Notes under the pieces: generated by a model
Seen by the model: the letters and a program-made list of their open reading frames with translations, nothing else
What the model was told of the DNA's origin: nothing
Databases searched by the model: none
Shown: in pieces, positions 12,201 to 25,821 of the stretch
Numbering within the stretch: the first letter of the stretch is position 1
Layout of the letters: the number at the start of each line of letters is the position of its first letter
Source of the DNA: Ptychomitrium polyphyllum
Lineage: Eukaryota
DNA length: 64,000 nucleotides
NCBI GenBank assembly: GCA_973851085.1
Contig: OZ316775.1
Location: 6,944,001-7,008,000, forward strand
Direction of reading: 5' to 3'
Translations under genes and position numbers: made by a program

Positions 12201-14164
12201 CATCAATGTACACAAAGGAAGTTAAAGTTAAAGTTTTATAATGGACTTAAATTGTAGGCATTATTAGAAGGTAATATAATATTTTAATACTTTAGCACAT
12301 ACACATCAAAAATTTATTCATATCAGTATATTGTAATTAAAAAAATTATAGTATTTAAGTTTGTATTGTAATTATGGTTGAAAGCATTCTATTATTACAT
12401 ATAATATAGGAAGATTAATCAAATATCATCAACGTATGTGAAGTTACAATATATATCATCAATTATATGAGTATAACTTTATTAAATAATTCACAAAATA
12501 TACACACATTCTATCTTATCATACAATGGTTATCAACTCATATACCTAGATCATATATGATCACTACATTTTATTTATACTTGAATATACTAGAATGTAA
12601 ATTTAAAACATATGAAAATTTTGAAGTTGCAATGCCAAATCAATTTGATTAATTGATGAAAGCATTTATTGCCAAAATGGTGACAATCATTAATTGATTA
12701 ATATAGCATTAGCATTTCATGACATGAATTTATAGCATGACATGCCTTGCCATATTCTATGCCATGCACCGTTCATAGCCCATGCAATACATATTCATAT
12801 TCCAACAAGTTAAATATAGCCATCATTGAAACAAATGAAACAAAAAATACACCGATGCTTTGTTAAAAACTAATTTATACAGCATCATAAACTTTACAAA
12901 CATCAAATTGTTAAGAAATGACCGTGCACACAAGGAATTTAGTATAATTAAAAGTACAATGCACAAAAATATTATACTCCAAAGTTCAAAAGTTCCATCT
13001 GTCAACAACATAAACAAGAATTAGTTCCAACATGCAAAAACAACCTAGAGCAAGCAAAGTAGTCACAAGTCATAACCGAAGTCTATCTGGCCATAGAAAT
13101 TAGGAATGTACATAGACCAGCTTGTGTGTGTGCAGATGCAACATTAGTATGACGCACATTTCGAGAAAAAGTTACACATCCAAACATGCAACACCGTGAT
13201 TGAACCAATTGTGCATTCAAACCTCTGAAGCTGCATCCATGTCAAATTTTAGTTCCATAAAGAAGCTAATATATCAGGCAAGATAGGTAATTAATCCGGG
13301 TAACTTACTGCAAACTACTCAGCTTATGCAAACCAGCATAATTTTGGTTGCATGGTTACAATAAGAGGGAATGTGGCACAATAGGTTTGAAAGGATGGTT
13401 CCTTTTACTATGACGCTCTCCTAATGATGAGTTTCTTGAGTTGAAACCGAAGATTTGATGCCAACTGGATATAGAAAGGCTGGATTTCATTCTATTTGAA
13501 GTTCAATTCCGCCTGTTCTTTCTAATTATGGTTAGACTTGTGCTCTTAGTAAATCCTCAAAGGAAGTTGGTAATTTGGCAGGACAAAAGAACATAACTTC
13601 CAGAATTTGGTGTCACTGAGGCACAGCCTGCATCAAAGAATATCATTGACACTTTTGTGGCCAAATATAAACATATGGACTTCCTAAGTCTATAAGTGGG
13701 GAGGATCTTCAATCACTATCCAGTAATATGAAATACCATGGAGGACCCTCAGGTTTGTCACTGATTTCGGTTGACCTTTCCAAAATTAAAAAAACAAATA
13801 TTTTTACATAGATATTTATTTATTTCGATTTAGAAATAATGTGTACTTGGTCCATCGTAGCTTATTTACACTTGAAACACATAGTCTCTAGATTTAAATA
13901 TCATATTCAAGTGATTTATTGGTAAATAGCTCAAAGTTTCTAGAACTTTTGTCAAGCTACAGTTAACTGATTTCTAATGAATTCGATGGCTCTACTATAC
14001 AAGCACTTACATTACCAATACTTAAAATATCGAGTTTCTTGTATTGAATTTTAATTTTTAATGAAGCAAAATGAAGTATATTTGCAAGTTGCACGGCCAT
14101 GTTTAGATCACAATTCTTGTACGTTGTTCAGCTTTGGTTTATCCTTTTTATGCTATAAAAGCAT

Positions 14165-14900
14165 GGTTACTCCAACTTGCCAAACATGGATGTTTTTTCA
14201 ATATGATGGAACCCTAAAATACAAATTTTGACAGTTATATACACAAAAACATAGTTCCCTATTAGTTGGTGGATCATTCACAAGCACTACATGTGCAATA
14301 AAAACAAACAATCATGTGATAACATTACTTTAAATAAAGATCTTAGCGTTGCCAAATATAATCTTGGCATCCCTTGCTAATTTCCCCTATTTCTTAGTAT
14401 TTTCTATATAGTTAAATTATTCATTCTTACTTTTCATCTAGGTTTGATATTTATTCATATTTGTATATTGGAGAATCTCCAAATGTAGGAATCTCATGAA
14501 TCCAAATCTTGCAAAGTGTTGTTGAAATAATATTACTACAACTTGCCAAAGAAGGTACTTTAAAAAATATGAATGGCTTAAACTATAAACTCCTACATCC
14601 ACATTTACCAAACATGATTTTCTATTAATTGGTAGACCAATTACAAGCCACCAAATGCCTAATAAAAGAGATAAACCGATATGAGCATTATCTTAAATAA
14701 AGATATATCCAAACACAGTCTTGTGGTTTCTTCTCAATTCCATTTTTCCTAGTATTGGCTATCTCTCAAGGGAACCATTCATGCATTTCATCAAAATTTG
14801 GTATTTTATCCATGCTTTGTATAATATGGTGGCAATTCTGTTACATCTCTAGAAGACATGAAGATAAAGCTATGAAATATTAAATCTTAGGAAAATCTGT
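14165..14900. repeat. Degenerate tandem duplication with a unit of about 365 bp
   Basis: Collinear blocks recur at an offset of about 365: actccaacttgccaaa / actacaacttgccaaa; ctattagttggtgga / ctattaattggtaga; ttaaataaagat in both copies; ttcttagtatt / ttcctagtatt. Confidence 0.6.
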
Positions 14901-17900
14901 TCTTTCATGGTATTATAACTGTCTGTTTCCGCAATGTAGAAGCCACAATCCAACTTCGTTGATTTTGCATCTACATTCTTTCCAAGTATGCCTTTTGTTA
15001 ATGTAGTTCCATTTTAATTATGCCTTTTGTTTTTCCTTCTTCTTCAAAAATGGTACAAGTTGTCTGTGTCATGGCACTTCCGGCACTTCCGGCAGTGCAG
15101 GCTGGTGTGACCCCACATGGGAGAACAATTGTATAAGTTATGAGAAAGGGACCAAATCAAAGAGCATGAATTTTAATGCTCCAACCCCAGCCCTTGTTCA
15201 CCTCTTTGATGATGAAGTTGAAGAATCAGGACCAGTCATGGTGCACATGGAAGTTACAGACACCCTAATCTTGACATTTTTGATGTGCATTTGTGCTGCC
15301 TGTGTGTGCATTATGCATTGTACTACATGCAACACTTTGCTGCACTGTGTGCGGCCTGAGGCCTCCCTCCATTGTTCCAGAAGTTTTAGGACCACCTACT
15401 GGCCACTACATCCATCACACAATGGTTGCACTCTATGCTTTTGCTGAACTTCCCGCAAACCAGTTGCTATCACAAGTGTTTTTACTCATAAATATATGTT
15501 TTCTATTCTATATGATATGACATTTTCACAAAACTATTTTATTCTATGTAAATAGATATCATTAGTGTTTATAAATCTGTAAAGTATGTAGTTTTTTTTT
15601 TTTGAGAATTCATCAAAATACAATGTAATGTATGTTGTAGATATAATAGTTTCAGAAAAATCTGATCTGCTTAAGTTTATCCATTGATTTCATTACATTT
15701 AAAATAATTTTGTGTATTTTAAAGAAAAATAAAGCACAGAGAAACTATACTCCATTTATGCTTAGAAAACAAAACCAATAATGTACAAAACATTTGATAA
15801 CACATTACACATAAGTCTGAAATTTGTAATGTTATTTTTTTTAAAAACACTATATGAAAATACACATAAAATCCATGTATACATTCAAAAATCGTTAGTA
15901 GAACCAAATGCTTAATTGAACATGATCATATCATACGAAACTTTTATGTATCAAAATTCCTCAAACCTCAAAAAAATCAAACTGTAATACAAAACAATGG
16001 TCATATAGATTTAAAGTTTAGAGAATTTTAGATGCTTATATTATAATTTTACTAAGTTATCTATGAACTACCTTTAAAATCACAAGTTGCAACATTCATT
16101 GACATTTTAATAATTCAAGTTTTTTTGTCAATAGATAATTTATGTATTATATAGACAAAAGGTGATAGTCCATATTTTTTGTAATATGTAAGATTGTTGT
16201 TATTATTATGGCAACCTTTTAAAAATATAATATAATATGATCTTAAGTTAAACTTCAATACTTGTATTTTGATATAATAGAAAAACATCAAACAAATAAT
16301 TACTAAAAGTATATATGTATAATTAAATTTAATGTAATTTGAAATTACACAATATAAATTTTCATGTAATAAAACATCATCATTAGCAAGTATATTGTGA
16401 TTGATAGCTTAGATGAGTAGTATCCTTTAACAGTGAATTGGTAATTAGTAGCAATTAAAAATAGATTAGTTGTAAAATTTGTAATTGAATGTAATTCAAT
16501 GAATATAAAGAAGAGCCGTCTTAGAAACGTCTTTTTATATATTTTATTTCTATTAATAGATTTTTGCATCATCTTCTAGTCTTTTCCTTTATTGAATTGA
16601 TTTTATGTGTGATTTAAATCAAACTTAAAAGAGAACCTTGAAGATTATCAAATGTATAATGATAAAAACCACTAATTTGTACCAAGTGATGCAATGTTTG
16701 ATCGGAAAAAAATCCTTGAAGGAGTATTTTTTACACTTAATAATAATCTTTATATTTTTTAACAAATTAAATGAAAATTGAACTTAAAAACTTCAAATTG
16801 CATTAATTTGGAGTATAATAAGTTGAAAAATCAAAATATTAAGAATTCAATAACAAAAAACTAGATATTAAATCTTTTAGAACCATAGCATAAGAGAAGG
16901 TAAAAAAACAATAATGAGTATGAAAAATAGTTTGGAAGTAAAAAATTTCACTTAGATTCTTTTTAAGGCCGTCTTTCTTTTTCCTTTGCTATAACTTTTT
17001 TCCTTTAGTCCATCTCTCTTTTCTTCCTTTCTACTATTCCATCTTTTTTCTTTGTTCACCTTCCTTCCAAGTACTCCATCTCTCTATTTTCTTCTTCCTC
17101 AGTTCATTTCTTTCACCCTACTTTCTACCACTCATCTTTTTCTTTCCTTCTTTATCTAAATCTATCATTTTCCACCTCCTTCACCTTCTTCTTAGTCCAT
17201 GTTTCTTTTTTTTATTAGTCCTCCTTTATCTGGTCATTTGGTCTTTACAAAAAAAAAAAAAAACAAATAAAAGTTCATGCGTTAAAAGCGTTTATGTTTA
17301 TGTTTTTGTATACCTTTGAGATTTGTAAAAAATACACTTGAATGGAAATTCTTATATTCAATGGTCATTGTAAATGGTATGTTTGGAATGTCTTTCATTC
17401 ACTTTCCAAAAATTAACTATATGCCAAAAATATTGACCTTAAGAACCAAAATAAGAACCACCTCATTTCTATTAAAGAAAAGCTTTCCTACAACTCACCA
17501 CTTTTTACTATTAAATGTAATTTATACTTCCAAATTATCCAACCTCATAAAATAACAAAGCTATTATTATAGATATAAAAATAGAATATTTTTGAAACCT
17601 ATAGATGTTGAATACAATAATAGAAACTCATCCTTTATGATGAGCAAAAATAATGTAATGAATCTTGAATCTAAAAATTAAAGTGCCTATTTACAATAGT
17701 TGTATAAAACTACATCAACTTAAGAATATCATTCATTTTTTTAAGGAATTGTTAATATTCAAAAACTTGAATTTCAATTCAAAGGCATAGGCTAGTACTG
17801 TGTTTAAGAGATAGAACCATTGTAAATTTGATATTTTCTACCAAATAAGGAAGCTTTAAGTAGATTTTGATTGAATTTTTTATTTAAAATCTAAATAGGT

Positions 17901-20061
17901 GGGCCATAGCTTATAGTAAAGAAATCATATCAATAAAATTCATATAAAAAACCTATTCTTTTAAGAAAAGCAATTTTTTTTTTTCAAAATTTAGTATTTT
18001 AAGTTATTTAAAAAAATTAATTAAAATTAATCTACTACTAAATTATAAGAATTCCATGACCAAAGTGGTATCTTGGCTATCCATGTTAATGAAGTCATTG
18101 AGGTTCCTACTTTAAATAGGGATTAAAAATTTTCCATGTTAAAATCTTGACATGTTATACTATATAGATATTGTTGATTTCATTTATCCAAAGTAATCTT
18201 TGTAGATGAAGCAACATAATTTTAAGATAATTTAAAATTCTTTTTAATTTTGGACACAAGTCCTATTAAGGATATGAAAACAAAATTCTAATTCTGTAAA
18301 ATCACTAAGTTTAAGAAAACACTATCTACATCAACTGTGGAAAAAATCATTGCCATACCCTACAATTTGTTTGATGTAAATTCAACTAGAGAAGTACCAA
18401 TGCCTTCCACCAATAAAAACCTGCCCTTTTTCTTGCGCTCTAGGCCTTTACATCTTTGCGTAAAACAGCCTTACAAATGCATTCTCGAACCCAACATTAT
18501 CCATGCCTGTCATAGATCTAGAGACTCCAATGTAGGCATCTAGTAGAAAATGCGCATTCTGAGTAGATTTTGAGTGCAGAGACGGTGTTTTAGGTCTGCC
18601 ACCACCGCGTACAACGGTGGGATGAGCATGGAGGGCCTGGAGGTGGAGTTGTGGGCTGCCGAGTATCTGATCACGCAGCGCAGGGGGGATGAACTTCGAA
18701 AAGGGAAGTGGGCTCTCCAGAGGAAGGGAAACCAATATCTACAGTACTAAGGAGGGAGGGGGTCAACCGGGACGCTGTGAAGCAGCAAAAATGAGCAGTG
18801 AACTTACCAATACGGCAACCGCAACTACTCCTCCTTCGACCTACGCTCCCTTCCTTCACCTTCCTTGTAGTGAGGACTCGGGAAGCCAGACCAAACTGGT
18901 TCCAGAACGTCCGTTCCCTCGCCGCGCCCAGTACTAGCAAGGGCAACAGCAGCAGTTGCCAGGAAAAGGCACCAGTGCACAAGTGTAGGGCCAATTTAGT
19001 GCGAGGTGCGAGGTGCGAGGTGCGAGGCGTAGCTTTTGCTTTTTGGGCACGCCACGGTTTCCTTTTTCCTAGCCGGGTGCTACCTGCCACGGGGGTGCAA
19101 GGGCAAGGTCAAGGGCATAAGCACATGCTGTGGATACCGCCATTCGTTGCTCGCTTATGGTCCTCTTCGTTTGCGCCGCTTCGTTACGCACTCACCGATC
19201 GCACCTAACTCATTCCGTGCGGCACTTCGCTGGCGCACTTCATATGTGGCACCTTCATTGATCGCCTGGGACTAGGGAGCTTCGCTGTCGTATGCAACCC
19301 ATTCGCTTGACGACCAGCGCCACCGGAGGACACTGTCACAGACTTTCGTGGTTTTGGTTCTGATCCTTCTTAGCGGCGATTGATCTTTCGGTTTCAGCTC
19401 TGGGAGCTGCACTTCCTGTTGCGTTAAGGCCTCATCATTTTGTGAGTTTGAGTTGTTGCCCTTTTGCTGCTGGAAGGCGACTGGCGTAGTTGATGAGCTC
19501 TTGATTGAGCTTATGCTGCTGTGGAGCTTAGTGTGGGATGAGGTATGCAGTAGGAGAGCGATATAGTTTGCGGCGATATAGTTTCGTTCACACCACTCGC
19601 CCGCCCGGCGGGCGCTGTGCAGGACGTCGTGTTTGATCTGGGAGGCTTTCTCTTGATTTTCGGATCGACTTGGACGGTAATCCTCTTGTGGCATGCGTGG
19701 AGGAACTTATCTGCTTTTGGTGAGCTGCGTTTTGTAAGTTCTTTGGCTGAACAGTGTACGGGCATGCTAGAATATTCGTGAAGGGCCGGGGTTTGAAATT
19801 TCTTAAGGGGTTAAGTGTTTGCACATTTGTAGCAGAGAGCAGTATATAGTTTTTATTTATGATAGGATTGGGCCGGCTGAGGACGCCCAATCCAAGCGCA
19901 GGATTTGCATAACGCCTGGCTGTGGTCGCACAAAGGGAGTGGTGCTCCGTACGGGGCCCTTGGGCGCATAGTGCTTTTGAAACGTCCAAGAAAAGCGGTA
20001 CCGGAAGGCAGAAGCCATAGGTACCCTAGTGTTACCCGGGTTTACATTAGGAAATGTTAGT

Positions 20062-23000
20062 ATGCACTTCAACGAGAATGGGGTTGGATCGCTAGACTAC
20101 ATTGAAAACAGGAATGGATCTTTGGAGCTTGCGAGGAGCAATGGTGTTGTTTCCAGTTCGCACGTATATGCGGAGGCACTGCAAGCCGCTGTTAGCGAGG
20201 GGAGCGAGCTGCCGGACGCAGGTTGCTGCAGCGGAGAAGGCAATACCTCGAACAGCACCTCCTCGCAAAGCTCTTCTATTCGAATGGAGGATAACCATGA
20301 TTGGTGCAGCGATTCTGGAAGGAAGAGTCGAGGCATGTCGTCGTCATCTTTGAAGGCCCTGGATAACGTGGTGATGCAAGTGTTGGAGAGCGTGCGAGCT
20401 TCTGGATACGGCGAGGAGATGTGCAAAGAGTTCCGCGAGCACTTCGCTCGACTTCCTGCTCGGTAGACTACTCTCTTCTATCTATTGCAGTTTTTGCAGT
20501 GCTCTGCTCAACACTTAACGGCTTTTAACGCACAGGTCAGACATGATGTTGTCCTTTCATCAAGGCTTCTACACTCACGCACACCAAATTCCTCTTCTGT
20601 ATACTACCCGCCATTGGCGATAAAAGCCTTGGATGCTGATGTTCCGCCAAGATTCACCGTGCGTGACACATGCCTCAGTTCACAGTTACTCGGACATGTT
20701 TGTTTTTGCATTTCACTCTTGGCCTTCGTTGGTATTTTGTAGGATATTAGCTATTTACATATGTGTAGAAAACAGGTTCCGAGCAACCTTAAGATAAGTC
20801 TCAAGCTCGTAGGTTTTCCGGCACTCCTAGCGAGTTTGGCAGTGAAGGCACCGTTTAATTCTTTGATCTTCACTTTAGCTCACATGACTTGACATGTTTG
20901 TACGATTGTTTTAAGGTCGATACTGGGTCCCCACATGCGTATTTAAGGCTGAGGTTTAGTTGCATTTTCCGATTGGGTCAACAGGCAGGACGTTTACATG
21001 TATCAGATTTGTCTTCAGGAGCTAATACATTTGTTGACATTTTTGAAGGAGACCCATCCTGGAAATAGAAAGTAGTATACTCAGTTGCATTTGTTCACCT
21101 TTTAAAATTGTGCTGGATGTAGTCATAATAGATACAAATCACTGGCTTCTCCATGTGTACAGTGGTGCAAGCCCTAAATATAAATTCCGGAGCACATGGT
21201 GGATCTCCTGACTACTAATTGCGTGACTTGATTTAGGTTATTCATAATGGATAGGAACGTGACGGATGAGAGCCGCATTTGGATGAGATGTTTATTAGAG
21301 GTGATCCAGTGCTCCTCAGTTGGAATGGAGTATCTATTACAGCAATTGGATCTTATTCTTGACATTTGCGAAGTCTAACAATTTAGAGAATAAGTGTAAT
21401 TATATTCGATAGGAACACCTCGTGTTGTGAAGGAATTATTCAAATCTTTTAAGCGCTGATCTCATTGCTAAACGTCTGCAGGTACACTTTGAATATCGAT
21501 CCTCATAGCCATGAAGATGTGCTGCTTCACATGGAGTTATTACAGGAGGCGCGGGAGGCAGAATATGCTTCTAGTTGTAGTAGTTACGCAGCCGCCCCGA
21601 CTCCATTGGTTCATGTAAGGAAAGTGCAGCTGGCGGGGTTTTGGCCACTTCCTGGCGATGCGTTAGATCGCCCTGCTCCTGCACCCGCACTTTCTCCTAG
21701 TGAAGGCGCTCTTCTTAGGAAAGAACTACAGATTCCGAAACCTGCCTTCGGGTCTGGATCAAACCTAGTAGGGTTAGGACCGTGTGGTGGCCCAAAACTT
21801 CATTTGTCCGGGCCTGTATTGTGCAGGTCATTCTCAACTCCACTACGAGGAGTTACTCCCCGTCAATCTCCTTATGGAGAAACACCACTTAGCTGCAGTG
21901 GCCCGCCGCAGCACACCATTCCTCGCCCTGCATTTGGAAAATTTTCAAACGCTATGCATGCTGACGATGAAGGCGTTGGATATATTAGTGAACATGACGA
22001 TGTTTCCCCAACCTTCGGCTATGAAGTAGCTTTTGCCACTACCGATAGAGTAGGGCTTCTTAAGTACTTCACATCAGCTCTTAGCGATTCACATCTGCAA
22101 TTGAATATCAAGGTATGTTAGAGTTGCTTTTCTGCTCAACTTTAGAGCTCTTGGGATATTTTTCTTTGGCAGTCATGTCCACTCTTGTACGGTGAAGAGT
22201 TCTTTTTCGAAGTTCATTGCAAATGTCAAATTAAACTCTGTTTCGTTTTTCAGAATCTACCTCGATGTTGGGCTTCGTTACTGCTGGCTTTGAACAAACA
22301 AAAGCTGATTTTCTTGTGAATTTGTCTGCCGCATGTCTATGTCTCTCAGCGCAACCAATAGTTAAGTTGAGGGTTGTTACAGATATCTTACAGAGCTGTC
22401 TGCTTCACTACAGGAAGCGCACGTATTCAGTCTAACAGATGGAATGGCATTGGAGGTCTTTGTAGTAGAAGGTTGGCCTGGAGACGAGGTGAGTTCTCTC
22501 TCGTATCTTCTTATTTCCGAGGGTTGTGAATATTACTCATGCTCTAGCTATTTGAGAACGTTATGGAGAGTCTTCTGTATACTGAGCTTTCGAATTTGAC
22601 TGGCTTTGTAGGCCGAAGAACTTAGGCAAGCAGTTTTAGAAGCTTTAGAGGAAATATCCGATGTAAAAGGAAAGCGTTCTAGAGATTCAAGGTTGCAAGC
22701 CGCTGCTGAAGCCATTCAATATGAAGACTGGGCTGTGGACTTTACTTTGGTACGTTTTTGGTTCTATGGTAATAATTTTCAGACTGGTGCTACTAATGAT
22801 ATAATTTGTTTTCGTAACGCACTAGTAAAACCATGTAATCAACTTTTCAAGTGACAAGTCGTTTTGAAGATTTCGTAGTTTTAATTCTGAAACTTTTAAA
22901 TTCTGCAGCTTGAGATTGGTGAGAAACTAGGAAATGGATCAACAGGCAGGTTATATAAGGGCAAATATTTGTCTCAAGATGTCGCAATCAAAATAATCGA

Positions 23001-25821
23001 GATAGACGAATACAACAGTAGTGGTACAGATTCAGATACTCACAGGTCTGCTCCCGCGTCTGAAAGGCTACAGATTTACAAGCAAGAGGTTTCTATTATG
23101 AGGTAAGTATGCGTACATTTCAGCTACTTTAGGTAATGTTGTGAAGTAGTTCGGATATACTTTGGAGTCCGTTGGTGAGTAAATAGGTTCAGATTCTGAT
23201 CTCTTGTATATTTTCATTGACACCTCGATCATAGTTCTGTTAATTTTAAATGCTTTGAAAATTGTCGGTTTGTTGTTACACTTTCGTTAATAGGCAGTTA
23301 GTTATTACTGAAGTTGGAATTATAATAAGGTTTTCACACAACTATATGTTTCAAGAATCTGAAATATATACCTTGTAACATGATCTAACATGATCGGGTG
23401 ATATTTCGATGCAGATTGGTGAGGCATAAGAATGTTGTGCAATTCATTGGCGCTTGTGTTAATTGGCCGAAGCTCTGTATTATTACCGAACTAATGGCTG
23501 GTGGCAGGTGAAACAATGTCTTAATTCTTACCACATCTACGAGGTTCTTTTTAGTTTGTGTGGTATTGTACTCAATTGTATGTTAGACGTTTATGGTAAA
23601 CCAAGACATCAGGTTTATGATTTCTTATCACTAAGGCTGTCTGCTGATATGTTTTGAATTAAACTCAATGTTAGGGGTTACTGTGGCACACATTAACTGT
23701 GGTTAATGTTAGGATTAATGCTAAGCGATAGTAAAATTTGATACATGAAAACAGGTGGTCTTTTGGCGACCCATCTGGTTCTCATTATATACTTTATTTG
23801 GGTGCAGTGTCCGAGACCTTCTTGATCATCGAATGGGTGGTCTAGACATTGTGTCAGCCATCAAAGTTTTACGTGATTCAGCGAGAGGGATGGATTTTCT
23901 ACATAAGTGAGTGGATCTTTGCCTTAATAGAGTGGATCTGACAGGTTCTAAATCAGCGAAATGAAAAGGTCTTTGAACTTGGGGTTTATTTTGGTGCCAA
24001 GAAAGTAGAAAGAAAATCTCTTGGTAGCCCCAGATCTATAGCTTTTATTAGCACGAAAAATAAACTTCGTTTGGTTGTTCTTTAGAGGATAAAGTTTAAG
24101 TTGGTTAGACCTGCAAACCAGCTTTTCTAACATTAGTTATTTACAGTATGGACCCATCCTTTTAACGATATTCAGATACCATCATAGTTGGTCGGATTTT
24201 AATTCTGATGATACTGTGTTGGCAGATGCTCTGAGAGCAGTTGATGGTCCTTGTCCTCGTAGCGGTAGATCATTTGGGACGATATACGCTGAGGGGACCT
24301 TTTGCTGGGGTCCTGTTGTTTCTCTGGGTAGTGTAGTATTTGTTAGTTGTTTTTGCATCGCATTTTCTGACGTAATTGTTTATGGTACAGAAGAGGGATA
24401 GTACATAGAGATATGAAAGCAGCAAATTTACTGATCGATGAACATAATGTAAGTCACCCTTTCCCTGTACACTTGTTCACGGTGCCTTTTAAAAGATGTA
24501 GTAATGACGGATTCTGATCTGAGACACAACAATGTTCTTACAGGTTGTCAAAGTTTGTGATTTTGGTGTTGCTCGCCTTAAGCCTACCTCAATCAATGCT
24601 GCTGAAAAAAGCAGTTATTCTGCTGAAATGACAGCGGAGACCGGAACCTACCGGTGGATGTCTCCTGAGGTACAAGTCTTCTAAACTGAATACCTGTCAT
24701 GTATTTTTAAAACCTCCCAAGTTGCATCCTATCAAAATCATAAAATCTGTCTCTATGTGTGCGTTTAAACAAGTCATTTGACCAGGGATTTGGATTTTTG
24801 TTGACGTGCTTTTGCTTCTTTTCCTTTGTGAAAGATGTTGGAGCATAAATCGTACGATCACAAAGCGGATGTCTACTCCTTTGGGATTACCATGTGGTAC
24901 GTCGTACTCCTGAATATTTTATCCCAGGGATTACAGACGCAGTCTCTGTAGTACTTCGAATTAATTTGTGACTTGTGCTCTTGGGCAAACCTTTAGTACA
25001 TCTTATTGCATTCAATCTTTTAACTAATTGAACGTTTGTGCATGCGTGGCGGAACAGGGAAGTTTTGACTGGTGACATACCGTATGCTGGCCTAACCCCT
25101 TTGCAAGCAGCAATTGGTGTTGTTCAACGGTGCATGTCAATCTCCCTTATTTCGTTCTTTGAGAAATGTTAACCTTCACTAATGAGATTCTGGCAATGTT
25201 TATTCTTCAATTGAACTTTATTTTCACGGAGCTTGTTGAATATGTCCGCTTTATACTCTGAAACAACTTATATAGAAGTACAATACGGAGCAGAGTATTG
25301 AATTTAAGTGCTGCAGTGCATGGTGTTGATAGCTGTGTACATGTCTGGTTACAGGGGATTACGTCCAGAAACTCCATCACACGTACCTGATATTTTAGCT
25401 ACCTTAATGCAAAGATGCTGGAAAAAAGATCCGAGGGAAAGACCGGAATTCAGTGAGGTGCAAAAAACAATTTAAAATTTCTTTATGAACTGCGAGTGAT
25501 TTTGACACTTACGAAGCAATTTCCAGAACAGTTGCATAGAATATAAATGTTGCGCATGTCTGTTTTGAGAAGGCTAGTCGATATGAGTTCTGTTGCAGTC
25601 AATTAGCCTGGTTTCTTTGGAATTTTGTGAGGCTCGTTATGTCTAATTTCTGTCAGCTCAAGCTTAACATACAGATGTGTATTTCCATATTTGGGCAGGT
25701 ACTCAACACACTAGAGAAGATGGTTATCCCAGTGCCTTCGAGAAGGGTAGCTTCAAGGAGGAGGACAACAAATGCCTGTAAAAAACCATTCTTTATACAG
25801 AAGGATGTCGTCTTCCAGTAG
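20062..25821 (+). CDS. ACT-domain Raf-like Ser/Thr/Tyr protein kinase (STY8/STY17/STY46 family)
   Basis: 13 phase-consistent GT-AG exons: 20062-20462, 21482-22112, 22414-22488, 22612-22749, 22909-23102, 23415-23507, 23808-23906, 24391-24448, 24544-24669, 24835-24896, 25058-25129, 25355-25457, 25699-25821. Motifs: HFARLPARY...EDVLLH; ACT domain [63 protein letters not shown]. Confidence 0.93.

Noticed and set aside
18055..18112. tRNA/SINE-like A and B boxes
   Set aside because: The boxes are degenerate and there is no cloverleaf, tail or target-site duplication.
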